Part shown: positions 1 through 10,906 of the stretch, piece by piece
Position numbering within the stretch: position 1 is the first letter of the stretch
How the letters are laid out: the number at the start of each line of letters is the position of its first letter
Assembly: GCA_028717685.1 (NCBI GenBank)
Contig: JAQUNI010000001.1
Coordinates: 399,451-463,450, forward strand
Reading direction: 5' to 3'
DNA: 64,000 nucleotides
Source: Patescibacteria group bacterium
GTDB lineage: Bacteria; Patescibacteriota; JAQUNI01
Program-made: the position numbers and the translations under genes
The notes under the pieces: model-generated
Told to the model about the DNA's origin: nothing
The model's database searches: none
The model's input: the letters and a program-made list of their open reading frames with translations, nothing else

Positions 1-1
1 C

Positions 2-397
2 CTAAATAAAATCGCGCGCGCCACCTATCAAAGCAAGTCTCTTTCCGCGCTCAAGGTGTGGGGCTTAGCTCTCGCCCGCATCAAACAGGATCGCAAAAAG
101 GGGGTAACCCTTTCCGCAATTACACGGAAAGACCTCAAAGAATTAGGCGCTAAACCAGAAGATCTAGAGGGCGTCGTAAATATAATCAATACGGCTCGGG
201 GAACCAAATACGCCATGCTCTTAATGGAACAGAAAGGGAATAAAATTCGCGCCAGTCTTCGTTCGGAATTAGGCAGGGGAGTGAACGTGGCGCGGATCGC
301 GGAACGTTACGGCGGCGGCGGGCACCCCTTGGCTTCAGGATTTACCATTAAAGGCAAGTTAATGAAAAGGAAGGGGAAGTGGGTTATCAAGAAATGA
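2..397 (+). CDS. C-terminal fragment of a DHH/DHHA1-family phosphoesterase (NrnA-like nanoRNase/pAp phosphatase); 5' end lies outside the window
   Basis: The frame is open from the window edge. A GGGGH motif typical of the DHHA1 domain is present (...RYGGGGHPLASGF...). Confidence 0.5.
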   Translation, partial: LNKIARATYQSKSLSALKVWGLALARIKQDRKKGVTLSAITRKDLKELGAKPEDLEGVVNIINTARGTKYAMLLMEQKGNKIRASLRSELGRGVNVARIAERYGGGGHPLASGFTIKGKLMKRKGKWVIKK

Positions 398-499
398 AAA
401 ATTGAAAATGAAAAGCGAAAAATGATAATTTAAAATTAAAAAATTTTAGATTTTTATTTGTGGTTTTTCATTTTTAATTTTTAGTTTTCAATTTGAAAC

Positions 500-1078
500 A
501 TGCAGCTTATTCCTACTGTAATTGAAAAAACGCATTACGGCGAGCGGGCTTTTGATATCTATTCGCGGCTTCTAAAGGAACGGATTATTTTTTTAGGAAG
601 CTCAATTAACGACGCGGTAGCGAATACTGTGATTGCCCAGCTCTTGTTTTTAAATTCTGAAGATCAAGATAAGGATATCCAGCTTTTTATTAATTCGCCC
701 GGAGGTTCAGTCACGGCTGGTCTCGCGATCTACGACACAATGCAGTATGTGAAGCCTGAAATCTCCACGATTTGCATCGGTATGGCGGCGTCAATGGCAG
801 CGACTCTGCTTGCCGCGGGCGAGAAGGGTAAACGTTTCACCCTGCCCAACAGCGAAATCTTGCTGCATCAAATTATGGGCGGGGCAGAGGGTCAAGCGAG
901 CGATGTCGCCATTCGCGCGGGGCAAATTTTGAAAGTGAAAGACCGCTTGAATAAAATATTAGCCAAACATACCAGCCAACCCTTATCTAAAATTGAAAAA
1001 GACACCGACCGCGACTTTTATATGACCAGCGAGGAAGCAGTCAAATACGGGATTGCGGACAAGGTAATCAAAAAATAG
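500..1078 (+). CDS. clpP: ATP-dependent Clp protease proteolytic subunit
   Basis: The 192-aa product carries the conserved ClpP blocks (ERIIFLGS..., [19 protein letters not shown]..., MAASMAA) and has the typical length. Confidence 0.95.
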   Translation: MQLIPTVIEKTHYGERAFDIYSRLLKERIIFLGSSINDAVANTVIAQLLFLNSEDQDKDIQLFINSPGGSVTAGLAIYDTMQYVKPEISTICIGMAASMAATLLAAGEKGKRFTLPNSEILLHQIMGGAEGQASDVAIRAGQILKVKDRLNKILAKHTSQPLSKIEKDTDRDFYMTSEEAVKYGIADKVIKK

Positions 1079-1177
1079 AAGCAAGAAGCTAGAATTAAGA
1101 ATCAAGAGTAAAAATACATATAAGGCAATATGGTTAAAATCTTGAAAACCCGAACAAACAAGAGAAAGGAGGTTGTA

Positions 1178-1420
1178 ATGCACTGGATAATAAAACTTGA
1201 ATCTAGATTTATTGAAGCAAAAGCATTGAAAGAAGATTTGAAAAATTTAAATTTATCTAATGATGTTCATTTAGAGCAGAATACTGATACTGGAGGGAGA
1301 ATAACTGCCGTCAGGATGTATATTCGGGAAGATAGAAGCAGAAATTTGATCCATCGAAAAATCAGAGAAGCTATACCGCTCTTTAATGGTTATGGTTATA
1401 AAGTGGAAAGAATAGAATAA
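1178..1420 (+). CDS. hypothetical small protein
   Basis: ORF with a Shine-Dalgarno AAGGAGG 7 nt upstream of the ATG at 1178. The longer ATG at 1130 lacks an SD. An intrinsic terminator follows. Confidence 0.5.
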   Translation: MHWIIKLESRFIEAKALKEDLKNLNLSNDVHLEQNTDTGGRITAVRMYIREDRSRNLIHRKIREAIPLFNGYGYKVERIE

Positions 1421-1427
1421 AGGGCAG

Positions 1428-1457
1428 ACGGAGAAATTGATCTCCGTTTTTTATTTT
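1428..1457 (+). terminator. rho-independent terminator (ACGGAGA-loop-TCTCCGT + T-run)
   Basis: 7-bp GC stem with a 6-nt loop, followed by TTTTTTATTTT. Confidence 0.7.
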
Positions 1458-1567
1458 AATATTTAACTTATATGAATTATCTCTATTATCGTTAATCGGA
1501 CGCGATATTTTTGTTATTTGCAATAAAAAAGAACGTTATAATAAGCTTTGACGGTCTTGGTAAAAAA

Positions 1568-1960
1568 TTACAGCGAGAATTTTTGAATTACTTTAGCGAT
1601 ATTAAAAAGGAAACCGAAAAGAAAATAAGCTAATTCAAATGCTATGACCAGAAAAAATGATATGCCAAAAATTTCAATCACTTTATTCTCTAGTGACAGA
1701 ATGCGAAATTTTTTGATGAAATTATGCACCTTAATCCCATGATTGAGCCAGAGAAGATAAGTAACGTACAGGCATCCTGTGATAAAAGCTTGACAAACAA
1801 TTATAATCGCGATACTACCATAAGGAACGTAATTAGTAGAAAGGACCAGAACAATGGAAAAAGGTATACCAATAATTAAAGCTTTAAACAATAACTTCAC
1901 TTTATGATCTAGACTAGATAACCTAGAAAAAACATTCTTAAAGAATAATTTTGCTTCCAT
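1568..1960 (-). CDS. hypothetical integral membrane protein
   Basis: 130-aa ORF with 3-4 hydrophobic helices and no recognisable motif. Confidence 0.45.
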   Translation of the reverse strand: MEAKLFFKNVFSRLSSLDHKVKLLFKALIIGIPFSIVLVLSTNYVPYGSIAIIIVCQAFITGCLYVTYLLWLNHGIKVHNFIKKFRILSLENKVIEIFGISFFLVIAFELAYFLFGFLFNIAKVIQKFSL

Positions 1961-2177
1961 ATCGACCTCCCTGATAAAAATTGGGTAAAGAACGCCCGAA
2001 AAAAGACTGGTTATCGTGATTGGGAAACAGTAAAGTTATTTGGCGGCACCACCTCCCTCTTCCTGATAATTTAGATTGCAAAGAACCGATTTTCAAAAAG
2101 ATTAGTATAGTATTATTTCATAAAAGGCTTAAATGGGCAAGAAGGCGTAGAAAGTTCTACGCCTTTATAAAACTTAA

Positions 2178-2208
2178 AAAACAAGCCCTTACAATGGCTT
2201 GTTTTTTA
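2178..2208 (-). terminator. intrinsic terminator downstream of gyrA (bidirectional hairpin)
   Basis: AACAAGCC-CTTACAAT-GGCTTGTT hairpin flanked by A-run and T-run. Confidence 0.65.
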
Positions 2209-2235
2209 ATCCACACTTTTTACTTTTTACTTTTT

Positions 2236-4671
2236 TTACACCCAGGTTATGCTCGCGACTTTATCTTCGTTTTTGAAACGCATCAGGGTTACGCCTTGGG
2301 TAGAGCGAGATTGTTTGGAAATGGTGTTAATCAGCATCCGAATGACCTGACCGCGCGCGGATATCAGAATTAAGTCCTGTTCTTCTTTGCCTAAAATCTT
2401 CATCGCCACTAAATTTCCGTTTTTCGCCGTGATTTTTGCGGTTTTAATCCCTTTCCCGCCCCGCTTTTGGACTTTGTATAGATTCAAAGGCGTGCGTTTG
2501 CCATAACCTTTTTCCGTCACCACTAACACCTGAAAACCCGTAATCGCGTATTGGCGCGGGATAATTTCCATAGCAATTACAGCGTCCTCTTGTCCTAGAG
2601 TAATGCCTTTGACCCCTGCCGCGGTCCGACCCATCGGTCTAATATCCGCCTCGCGAAAACGAACAGATTGACCTCGCCGCGTCGCAAGCATCACTTCATC
2701 CGACCCGGTGGAGGCTTCCGCCCATTCCAGAACGTCGCCTTTGCGCAAACGAATCGCCACCAAGCCACTTCGGCGGACATTGGCATATTCAGAGAGTTTG
2801 GTCTTCTTCACCACTCCCTGCTCCGTCGCCATCACTAAATACTTAAATTTGTGTTCTTTGGGAATCGCGACCATCGCGGTGACTTTTTCCTCTGCCGCCA
2901 CTTGGATAAAATTCACAAGGAGCTGACCCTTAGCGGCGCGGCCTGATTCCGGAATCTCGTGAGCCTTAAGCTGAAAAACGCGGCCACGATCCGTGAAAAA
3001 GTATAAATCTGAATGAGTGGTAGTTACGAAACAACAGCGCATCACATCTTCTTCCTTAACCTTTTGGCCGGCGACGCCCTTGCCTCCTCGGCTCTGCGCC
3101 CGATAAACGTCAGGCTTCATCCGCTTAACATAGCCGCCGCGCGTCAGGCTAAGAATGGTTTCCTCATCGGCAATCAAATCTTCATCGGAAAATTCGCCCA
3201 CTTTTTTCTTAAAAACGCGCGTCCTGCGTTCATCGCCATATTTTTCTTTAAGCATTTTCAATTCTTCCTTGACCACGCCCCAAATCCTTTTCTCGGAAGC
3301 GAGAATGCCTTCCAATTCAGCGATGAGCGTCCGCTTTTCTTTTAATTCATCTAGAATTTTCTTCCGCTCTAAACCCGCCAAAGAAGACAAGCGCATTTCT
3401 AAAATCGCGGTCGTCTGCTCCTCTGTAAACTTAAATTTCTTCATTAAATTGCGATGCGCCAGTTCTTTGGTTTTACTCTCCCGAATGGTGGTGATCACGG
3501 CATCTAATTTATCCAAAGCCTTCTTTAAGCCTTCCAAAATATGCTCTCGCGCTTTCGCTTCCGCCAGATTAAAACGGGTGCGGCGGGTCACTACCTCCTT
3601 GCGATGGTCCAAATAACATTCTAAAATATTTTCCAAAGGTAAAACCCGCGGTTGAATACCATCCACGAGCGCGAGCATATTCACATGAAAAGTAGACTGC
3701 AGGGAGGTTAAAACAAAAAGACGATTCAAAACCTTCTGGGGGTAGGCTTCTTTTTTTAAAAAAATCACGAGCCGTATCCCTTCGCGGTCTGATTCGTCGC
3801 GGATATCGCGGATGCCTTGGATCTTTTTGTTCTTCACAAGCTCCGCGATTTTTTCAATAAGTAAGGTTTTATTTACTTGGTAGGGAAGTTCAGTAATAAT
3901 AATATCAAAACCGCCCTTCTTGGTTTCTATAATCTGTGTTTTCGCGCGCATCACAATTGATCCTCGCCCCAGAGCGTATGCTTGGCGAATAGCGCTATAA
4001 TCGTAAATCTGACCTCCGGTCGGAAAATCCGGCCCTTTAATATATTGCAGTAAATCCTCAACAGTGGCGCTTTCACGATGGTCAATTAAATAAGTAAGAG
4101 CGTCTACAACCTCGCCTAAATTATGCGGGGGGATATTCGTCGCCATTCCCACCGCGATCCCGATTGTTCCGTTTAAAATGAGTTCCGGAAAAAGGCCGGG
4201 CAAAACAGAGGGTTCTCTGCGCGTGCCGTCATAGTTATCCCGCCAGGGGACCGTCTCTTTATTTAAGTCGCGCATCATCTCCTCGGCAAAGGTCTGCATC
4301 CGCGCCTCGGTATAGCGCATCGCCGCCGGAGGATCGCCATCTATGGAGCCAAAATTTCCCTGGCTGTCGATTAAGGGATAGCGCATCTTGAATTGCTGCG
4401 CCAGATGCACCATAGAAGGATAAACAATCATCTCACCGTGGGGATGATAATTGCCCGAAACATCGCCGCAGATCTTGGCGCTCTTCCTAAAACGTCCGCG
4501 CGGGGAAAGCCCTAAGTCGTTCAAGGTTACCAAAATCCGCCGTTGGACCGGCTTTAAACCATCGCGCACATCAGGAAGCGCCCGATCAATAATGACGCTC
4601 ATTGCGTAATCCAAATAAGATTCCTCCATTTCTTCTGTAATTTGACGCGATTTTATGTAACCAAGTTCCAT
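2236..4671 (-). CDS. gyrA: DNA gyrase subunit A
   Basis: 811 aa. The N-terminus (RALPDVRDGLKPVQRRIL) and the beta-pinwheel C-terminal domain are conserved in GyrA. Confidence 0.97.
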   Translation of the reverse strand: MELGYIKSRQITEEMEESYLDYAMSVIIDRALPDVRDGLKPVQRRILVTLNDLGLSPRGRFRKSAKICGDVSGNYHPHGEMIVYPSMVHLAQQFKMRYPLIDSQGNFGSIDGDPPAAMRYTEARMQTFAEEMMRDLNKETVPWRDNYDGTRREPSVLPGLFPELILNGTIGIAVGMATNIPPHNLGEVVDALTYLIDHRESATVEDLLQYIKGPDFPTGGQIYDYSAIRQAYALGRGSIVMRAKTQIIETKKGGFDIIITELPYQVNKTLLIEKIAELVKNKKIQGIRDIRDESDREGIRLVIFLKKEAYPQKVLNRLFVLTSLQSTFHVNMLALVDGIQPRVLPLENILECYLDHRKEVVTRRTRFNLAEAKAREHILEGLKKALDKLDAVITTIRESKTKELAHRNLMKKFKFTEEQTTAILEMRLSSLAGLERKKILDELKEKRTLIAELEGILASEKRIWGVVKEELKMLKEKYGDERRTRVFKKKVGEFSDEDLIADEETILSLTRGGYVKRMKPDVYRAQSRGGKGVAGQKVKEEDVMRCCFVTTTHSDLYFFTDRGRVFQLKAHEIPESGRAAKGQLLVNFIQVAAEEKVTAMVAIPKEHKFKYLVMATEQGVVKKTKLSEYANVRRSGLVAIRLRKGDVLEWAEASTGSDEVMLATRRGQSVRFREADIRPMGRTAAGVKGITLGQEDAVIAMEIIPRQYAITGFQVLVVTEKGYGKRTPLNLYKVQKRGGKGIKTAKITAKNGNLVAMKILGKEEQDLILISARGQVIRMLINTISKQSRSTQGVTLMRFKNEDKVASITWV

Positions 4672-4675
4672 AAAT

Positions 4676-4768
4676 TTGGAATAAGGAATAAGGAATCATG
4701 AATTGAGAATAAAGAAATCTTTCCATTTTACTATTCCTGATTCATAATTCACAATTCCTAATTCCCTT
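4676..4768. repeat. AT-rich palindromic intergenic element, family D (word GGAATCATGAAT / ATTCATGATTCC)
   Basis: Inverted arms GGAATAAGGAATCATGAATTG ... CTGATTCATAATTCACAATTCC. Related copies lie at 19745-19832 and 51125-51160. Confidence 0.7.
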
Positions 4769-5381
4769 CTATTCTGAACACAAAATTAGACTGCTCTCTC
4801 GCTCCTTCGCTTTGGACGCCCATAATGGATAAAGTGAAAGGCTTGCCCGGATCTAGGGCGGAAAAATGCAAGGCGCCGCTTACTTCGCTTTTAGCCGCAA
4901 CCAAATCCGGCAGAGGGTAATCCACTACTTTTTCTCTTTCTAATTCTGAAAATTCTTTTCCCTCCTGAATAATCTTGATTTTACTCTCTCCGGAAGGGCG
5001 CAATAAAACCCGCTCCTCCCCTGTATTGCTAATAAATATATAGACCCAGGTTATCTTCTCCTTAAAAACTATATTCACAAGCGTAATTTCCACATTTCCC
5101 TTGTTCTGGGTTTCCCCTACCTCTTTGCGGAGCAAAACAGAGCCGCTGTCTTCGCTTTGAAATTGCTCCTTCGCACTACCCAGTCCTGAATCTAATCGCA
5201 TCCCTTCCTTGCCCTTCTCTAATATCTCTCCCAACCCTCCTAGGTTCTGGCTTACTTTCTGACTATTGATTCTGAAATTAAAAGTCTGCAACCAAAAAAT
5301 ACCAATACCGACCGCGCAAACAGCCACCAATAAAAAAACCACTTTTTGTTTAAAAGCAACTGATTTATTCTGCAAGCTCAC
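4758..5381 (-). CDS. hypothetical membrane-anchored protein
   Basis: 207 aa with an N-terminal TM helix. Its start overlaps the stop of the upstream MBL gene in an ATGA junction. Confidence 0.55.
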   Translation of the reverse strand: MSLQNKSVAFKQKVVFLLVAVCAVGIGIFWLQTFNFRINSQKVSQNLGGLGEILEKGKEGMRLDSGLGSAKEQFQSEDSGSVLLRKEVGETQNKGNVEITLVNIVFKEKITWVYIFISNTGEERVLLRPSGESKIKIIQEGKEFSELEREKVVDYPLPDLVAAKSEVSGALHFSALDPGKPFTLSIMGVQSEGAREQSNFVFRIEGN

Positions 5382-6022
5382 TGTTTTTTTAATATTTTAA
5401 TCTCGGTTTCCTCGCTAGTTAAGTCTTTTTTTCTGATCTTCAATTTATCCAGCTGCGACTCGGGCGATATCCCCATTTCTTCGCAGAATTTATTCAAAGG
5501 TTCAAGAGCTCTTTCTTTTTTCGCTCCGGGTAGATCATAATGCATAGGAATCACTAAACGCGGTTCAATTTGGCTTATGAGTTCGGGGATTTTGTCGCAA
5601 GATAAGGCATGTTTACTACCCGCAGAAACAAAAAGAATATCCACATCGCCCAAGGCGTCAACCATTTCCTCGGAGAGAAGATGCCCTAAATCGCCAAGGT
5701 GCACCAAAACCATACCTTCCACAACATAGCGGTAGATAATATTACCGCCGCGCTCTTTACCCTCTTTACCATCGTGAAAGGCGGGAAAACCTACAATGTA
5801 GACATCTTTCACCTCATACTCACCCGGGCTATCAATAATAAAAGGCTCGCCGATAATCCCTGAAACATAATTATGGTCATGATGGTTATGGCTCACAGTC
5901 ACAATATCAGCCTTGCTTTTTATACCCCTTAAACCCGTTTCAGGACCAAAAGGATCGGTAAGCAGAACCAGGTCTTTGATTTGAATTTTGAAACAAGAAA
6001 ATCCAAGCCAGGAGATAATCAT
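5378..6022 (-). CDS. MBL-fold metallo-hydrolase
   Basis: The HNHHDHNY (HxHxDH) metal-binding motif and later His/Asp residues are present. Confidence 0.8.
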   Translation of the reverse strand: MIISWLGFSCFKIQIKDLVLLTDPFGPETGLRGIKSKADIVTVSHNHHDHNYVSGIIGEPFIIDSPGEYEVKDVYIVGFPAFHDGKEGKERGGNIIYRYVVEGMVLVHLGDLGHLLSEEMVDALGDVDILFVSAGSKHALSCDKIPELISQIEPRLVIPMHYDLPGAKKERALEPLNKFCEEMGISPESQLDKLKIRKKDLTSEETEIKILKKQ

Positions 6023-6032
6023 ATTTCTTTCG

Positions 6033-6133
6033 GTAATTAGTAATTAGTAATCAGTAATTGGTAATCAGTAATCAGGGAATTATTGGCCCGAAGGGCCAAA
6101 AAAATTACCAATTACTAATTACGGATTACTAGT
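6033..6133. repeat. AT-rich palindromic intergenic element, family C (word GTAATTAGTAATCAG) with GGCCCGAAGGGCC core
   Basis: Near-perfect 100-nt palindrome. A related copy lies at 36066-36135. Confidence 0.75.
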
Positions 6134-6157
6134 TTATTTTAACATAAGGTATTTGGT

Positions 6158-6186
6158 TTGACAACAATCATCTTTACAGATATAAT
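6158..6186 (+). promoter_or_regulatory. sigma70-type promoter, consensus TTGACA-17-TATAAT, upstream of rpsA
   Basis: TTGACA at 6158-6163, a 17-nt spacer, and TATAAT at 6181-6186. The AAGAGG SD precedes the ATG at 6240. Confidence 0.7.
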
Positions 6187-6239
6187 GGGCAATAGAACAA
6201 GAACTTAAGAGGTAGTGTCCACTTTACCTATCATTTTTT

Positions 6240-7493
6240 ATGAAAAAAATCGAGGATAAAAAACCCGAAAAAACTGAATTAAAATCACCAAGGAAAAATT
6301 CTTTAGGCGCTTTTTTAGCGAAAAAAGAGAAGAATAAAGAAGACTCAACAATGCACAAATTACTCAAAGAGAAAACGAACCTCTTTAAGATACCTCAAGT
6401 GGGAGAAATCATTAAAGGTAAAGTGATGCGCCAAGCAAAGAATGAGATAGAAGTAGACGTGGAAGGTATTGGCGTGGGCGTTATTCGCGGTCCCGAACTT
6501 TATCAAAATCCTGATCAGGAAATGAAAATCGGGGACCAAATCGTCGCTACTATTCTGGAGGTGGAAAATGAGGACGGCAGAATGGAGCTCTCTTCAAAAA
6601 GAGCCTACCGCGACGCCGCTTGGGAGGAGATTAATAAAATTATTGAAAACCACGAAACCATTGAGGTCAGAATCACCCAGGCGAATAAAGGCGGACTCTT
6701 AACCCAAGTGAAGGGGATCGCGGCCTTCCTGCCAGTTTCCCAACTGCATCATGAACACTACCCGAGGGTGGAAGACGCGGATCGCAATAAAATACTCACT
6801 AAATTGAACAAACTCGTAAATCAAACCTTGAAGGTTAAAATTATTGATGCCAACGCGGAGGAAGATCGTCTGATCATCTCGGAAAAACAAGCTACCTCCG
6901 AGGAGCAGAGGGATATTTTGGACAAACTCAAAGCCGGCGATGTCGTAGAGGGGGAAATTACGGGCGTGGTTAATTTCGGCGCCTTTATGCGTTTTAATGA
7001 TCTAGAAGGATTGATCCATATTTCGGAATTAGCCTGGCAACGGATTGAGAATCCCGAAGACATTGTTAAAGTCGGAGACAAGGTCAAAGCTAAAATCATC
7101 AGCATTGACGCTAATCGCATCTCTCTTTCCTTAAAATCCCTGCAAAAAGATCCTTGGGAGAAAAAAATTAAAAAATATAAAGTCGGCAATACCGTAGAGG
7201 GAGAAATCACCAAATTGTCTCCTTTCGGCGCCTTTGTGCAACTGGATGAGGATATTCATGGTCTCGCGCACATCTCCGAAATTACAGACGATCCATCGCA
7301 GCTGGAGAATATGGTCAAGATAGGGGAAAAAAGAAAATTTAAAATTCTTTCCATTGAACCTCAAGAACACCGCTTGGGTTTATCCATGAAGGCTTTGACC
7401 GAAGAAAAATCCCCAAAGGAAACTAAAACTCCCAAAGCAGCAAAGAAAAAAATGGCTAAAAAAAAGAAGGCGCCCGCTAAAGCTAAAAAATAA
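6240..7493 (+). CDS. rpsA: 30S ribosomal protein S1 (four S1 domains) with Lys-rich C-terminal tail
   Basis: Repeated S1 RNA-binding domains (GxV.G.V.....G.FV). The C-terminal end is KAAKKKMAKKKKAPAKAKK. Confidence 0.85.
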   Translation: MKKIEDKKPEKTELKSPRKNSLGAFLAKKEKNKEDSTMHKLLKEKTNLFKIPQVGEIIKGKVMRQAKNEIEVDVEGIGVGVIRGPELYQNPDQEMKIGDQIVATILEVENEDGRMELSSKRAYRDAAWEEINKIIENHETIEVRITQANKGGLLTQVKGIAAFLPVSQLHHEHYPRVEDADRNKILTKLNKLVNQTLKVKIIDANAEEDRLIISEKQATSEEQRDILDKLKAGDVVEGEITGVVNFGAFMRFNDLEGLIHISELAWQRIENPEDIVKVGDKVKAKIISIDANRISLSLKSLQKDPWEKKIKKYKVGNTVEGEITKLSPFGAFVQLDEDIHGLAHISEITDDPSQLENMVKIGEKRKFKILSIEPQEHRLGLSMKALTEEKSPKETKTPKAAKKKMAKKKKAPAKAKK

Positions 7494-7515
7494 TTTTCGT
7501 AATATTTTTTTCTCT

Positions 7516-7546
7516 TTTCAGCTATTTCCGAGCAAGACAAAAAGCT
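7516..7546 (+). terminator. rho-independent terminator after rpsA
   Basis: TCCGAGC-AAGACAAAAA-GCTCGGA followed by TTTAT. Confidence 0.65.
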
Positions 7547-7567
7547 CGGATTTATAATATCAACATC

Positions 7568-7646
7568 TTGTAACTTATAACGTGTAACTTATAACTCAAG
7601 AAAATGCTAATACCTTGCGTTACAAGTTTCAAGTTACAAGTTATAA
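7568..7646. repeat. AT-rich palindromic element, family H (word GTAACTTATAAC / GTTACAAGTT)
   Basis: TAACTTATAACGTGTAACTTATAACT ... GTTACAAGTTTCAAGTTACAAGTTATAA. A partial relative lies at 18340-18370. Confidence 0.6.
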
Positions 7647-7650
7647 AATA

Positions 7651-8619
7651 ATGATTATACTCAATAAAGTTCAAGAAGCAATTGAAAACCACAGACTAAT
7701 CAAAGACGGTGGAACGATTATCGTCGCTTGCTCTGGCGGTCCGGATTCGGTTTGCCTGACTCACATCTTGTGGCAATTACAAAAAAAGTTGGGATTCAAA
7801 ATCATTCTGGCGCATTTAAACCACAACTTACGGGGGAAAGAAAGCGATAGCGATAGCTGTTTTGTCCAAAAATTAGCAAAAGAACTAAACCTGCCCTTGG
7901 AAAATAAAAAGTTGCGGAGAAAGCCAAAAAACGAAGCAACCGCAAGAGAAGCCCGCTATACTTTCCTCGAACAAGTAAGAAAAAAACACGAGGGGCAGAG
8001 CATCGCGGCAGCGCACACGGCTGACGACCAAGCAGAAACTATTCTTTTGAACCTCTTGCGCGGAGCGGGGCTCGCCGGACTCGCGGGCATGCGGCATAAA
8101 AACAACTTCCTGATCCGTCCGCTTTTAGAATGCGGACGCGGAGAAATCCTCGGCTATCTTAAAGAAAACCGCCTTGCTTATCGCAACGACTCGTCAAATT
8201 TTGATTTAAAATATACCCGCAATAAAATCCGACACAAGCTCTTGCCTCTTCTGAAAAAAGAATACAATCCGCAAATTAGGAAAAATCTCCTCAAACTCGG
8301 AGAAGTGAGCCGCGCCGCAGAAGAGTATATTAGCGAGGAGGCTAAAAATTTTATCTGCCGCAATTCCAATCCTCTTCCCCTCAAATCTTGGCAAACCCTG
8401 CCTCCTATTTTAAAAACAGAAACCTTGAGGCAGATGATCGGCTCTGTCTTGGGTGGAGCCAAAGACATTTACGCCGTCCATCTAGAAGAGATGGTAAAAA
8501 TGCTGGAAAGCCCCCGCGGCAATAAAAAAAAGAACCTGCCGCGTGGGTTGCAGATTCTCAAGAAAGATGGTAGAATCTTAGTGTTTAGGGGGGATAAATT
8601 TAATGATTGGCGAATTTAA
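7651..8619 (+). CDS. tilS: tRNA(Ile)-lysidine synthetase
   Basis: PP-loop SGGPDS motif (ACSGGPDSV). The long ORF begins at 7615 inside the palindromic repeat, so the ATG at 7651 is the more likely start. Confidence 0.85.
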   Translation: MIILNKVQEAIENHRLIKDGGTIIVACSGGPDSVCLTHILWQLQKKLGFKIILAHLNHNLRGKESDSDSCFVQKLAKELNLPLENKKLRRKPKNEATAREARYTFLEQVRKKHEGQSIAAAHTADDQAETILLNLLRGAGLAGLAGMRHKNNFLIRPLLECGRGEILGYLKENRLAYRNDSSNFDLKYTRNKIRHKLLPLLKKEYNPQIRKNLLKLGEVSRAAEEYISEEAKNFICRNSNPLPLKSWQTLPPILKTETLRQMIGSVLGGAKDIYAVHLEEMVKMLESPRGNKKKNLPRGLQILKKDGRILVFRGDKFNDWRI

Positions 8620-8877
8620 AATCCCTTGTAATAACTTGTAGGACTTAACAGCATTTTCCGTTAAAACCCACTCATCCGGAATATTATGCAGACTACCCAT
8701 AGGGTCGTGATCATGGCAGAGATCGGACTTTAGGTTTCCCACTCCTTCCCTCAAGTCGCATTCATTTCTTGCCGCTTTCGGATCATCTTGAATGTTCTCT
8801 AAACGGCTGATTTCTCTTTCCGCTTGAGCAATAAGCCCTCGCGCTTTTTTCATTGTAATCTTCACGGGTTGCCTCCT
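8578..8877 (-). CDS. hypothetical small protein (GTG start)
   Basis: AAAGGAGG SD lies 6 nt upstream of a GTG four codons before the first ATG. Overlaps the tilS 3' end by about 40 nt on the opposite strand. Confidence 0.45.
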   Translation of the reverse strand, partial: RRQPVKITMKKARGLIAQAEREISRLENIQDDPKAARNECDLREGVGNLKSDLCHDHDPMGSLHNIPDEWVLTENAVKSYKLLQGILNSPIIKFIPPKH

Positions 8878-8992
8878 TTGAAAATACGGTTAGTATATAA
8901 AGAAAAGAGCCAATCTACACAATTTTATAACTTTAAAACCTGTGATGCGAATTATTAAACATAATAAATAACCCTATTTTTGTCAATAAAAT

Positions 8993-10903
8993 ATGAAAAA
9001 AATGAAAAACATTGTTAAAAATTTATTAATCGCCTTTGTGGTTTTTCTGTTTATCGCGGGCTTTTTCTCGCTCTACAATGCCCCAGGCTTTGAGCAACGC
9101 AAACAGGTCTCTTTAACCGCTTTAGCCCAAGAGATTAAAGATGACAAGGTAAAAATCATTGAGATTCAAGAAGACCAATTAAATATTGAGCTTAGGGACA
9201 ATACCAAACAGGAAAGCCAAAAAGAAGTAGGGGTGTCTTTATTCGATTCTTTAAACGGCTTTGACGTGCCTAAAGACAAAATTGACCAAGTGGAAATTAA
9301 TGTCAAGGATCTATCCGGCACTAAATTCTGGCTTAATACGGTTTTACCTTTTTTACTGCCTATTCTTTTGATCGGCGGCTTTATCTGGTTTATGTTCCGA
9401 GGAGTGCAGCGCGGCAACCGCAACGCGCTCTCCTTTGGTGAAGCCCGCGTCCGCGAGCAAAAACCCGAAGACCCTAAAAAGCGAAAAACCACCTTCGATG
9501 ATGTGGCAGGCTGCCACGAAGCCAAGGAGGAATTAAAAGAAGTGGTGGATTTTTTGAAAAATCCACGCAAGTACCTCGCAATGGGAGCGCGCATTCCTAA
9601 AGGCGCAATGCTCATCGGTCCGCCAGGGACAGGTAAAACCCTTCTTGCCCGAGCCGTGGCAGGGGAGGCGAACGTGCCTTTTTTCCATATGTCTGGCTCG
9701 GAATTTGTGGAGATGTTCGTTGGCGTCGGCGCGAGCCGCGTCCGCGACCTTTTCGCAAAGGCAAAAAAGGCGGCGCCAGCGATTGTTTTCGTAGACGAAA
9801 TTGACGCCGTGGGACGCCAACGCGGCGCTGGCCTCGGAGGCTCACACGACGAGCGTGAACAGACTTTAAATCAAATCTTGGTGGAGATGGATGGTTTTGA
9901 GCAAGACACTAACGTGATTGTCGTTGCCGCCACCAATAGACCAGATGTTTTAGATCCAGCGCTGCTTAGACCCGGACGTTTCGACCGCCGTATTGTTTTA
10001 GATCTGCCGGATATAAACGACCGCATTGCGATTTTAAAAGTGCACATTAAAGGCAAACCTCTGACGGCTAATGTTGATTTGCGCGAAGTTGCCGAGCGCA
10101 CGCCGGGTTTTTCCGGCGCGGATTTGGCAAATATGGTAAACGAAGGGGCGATTGCCGCCGCCCGCCACAATCAAAAAGAGGTGAAGCAAAAGGACTTTTT
10201 GGAGGCGATTGAAAAAGTGCTTTTGGGCCCAGAGCGCAAAAGTCATGTCTTAAATAAAAGGGAAAAACGGATCACAGCCTATCACGAGGCAGGGCACGCG
10301 CTGGTTACCCATATCCTGCCCCATGCTGACCCGGTGCATAAAATTTCCATCATCTCCCGCGGTCTTGCCGCGGGCTACACCCTGAAGCTCCCTTCCGAGG
10401 ATCGCAAACTGCACTCCAAATCCGAGTTTTTAGACGAACTCTCTGTACTCCTCGCGGGTCAAATCGCGGAAAAAGAAATATTTAATGAATTAACCACGGG
10501 CGCGGCTAACGATCTGCGCGAGGCAACGCGGCTTGCTAGAAGCCTCGTTATGGAATACGGGATGAGCGACCTTGGACCGATGACCTTTGGCGAGCGCGAG
10601 GAACTTATTTTCCTTGGCCGCACTATTTCCGAAAACCGCGACTATGGCGAGGCTGTCGCCAGCCAAATTGACGCGGAAGTGAAAAAATTTATCCAAAACG
10701 CGTCCCAATCCGCCACAAAGGTTATTCAAAATCAGAAAGAAAAATTAGAACTTATCGCCCAAACCCTGATTAAAAAAGAAACAATTGAAAGAGCGGAGTT
10801 TGAAAAGTTAATGAAAGGAGAGCCAAAAACAGAGCCTAAAACGCAAAAGAAGGAAAGGAAAATGCAGGAAAACGAGAAGGTTGAAAAGATAGAAGCGCTA
10901 TAG
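8993..10903 (+). CDS. ftsH: ATP-dependent zinc metalloprotease FtsH
   Basis: N-terminal TM helices, AAA Walker A (GPPGTGKT), second region of homology, HEAGHA zinc motif, and a Lys/Glu-rich C-terminal tail. Confidence 0.95.
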   Translation: MKKMKNIVKNLLIAFVVFLFIAGFFSLYNAPGFEQRKQVSLTALAQEIKDDKVKIIEIQEDQLNIELRDNTKQESQKEVGVSLFDSLNGFDVPKDKIDQVEINVKDLSGTKFWLNTVLPFLLPILLIGGFIWFMFRGVQRGNRNALSFGEARVREQKPEDPKKRKTTFDDVAGCHEAKEELKEVVDFLKNPRKYLAMGARIPKGAMLIGPPGTGKTLLARAVAGEANVPFFHMSGSEFVEMFVGVGASRVRDLFAKAKKAAPAIVFVDEIDAVGRQRGAGLGGSHDEREQTLNQILVEMDGFEQDTNVIVVAATNRPDVLDPALLRPGRFDRRIVLDLPDINDRIAILKVHIKGKPLTANVDLREVAERTPGFSGADLANMVNEGAIAAARHNQKEVKQKDFLEAIEKVLLGPERKSHVLNKREKRITAYHEAGHALVTHILPHADPVHKISIISRGLAAGYTLKLPSEDRKLHSKSEFLDELSVLLAGQIAEKEIFNELTTGAANDLREATRLARSLVMEYGMSDLGPMTFGEREELIFLGRTISENRDYGEAVASQIDAEVKKFIQNASQSATKVIQNQKEKLELIAQTLIKKETIERAEFEKLMKGEPKTEPKTQKKERKMQENEKVEKIEAL

Positions 10904-10906
10904 AGA

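Noticed and set aside
2708-3616. Several plus-strand ORFs (72-153 aa) inside gyrA
   Set aside because: They are antisense to a highly conserved gene. They are shadow ORFs with low-complexity translations.
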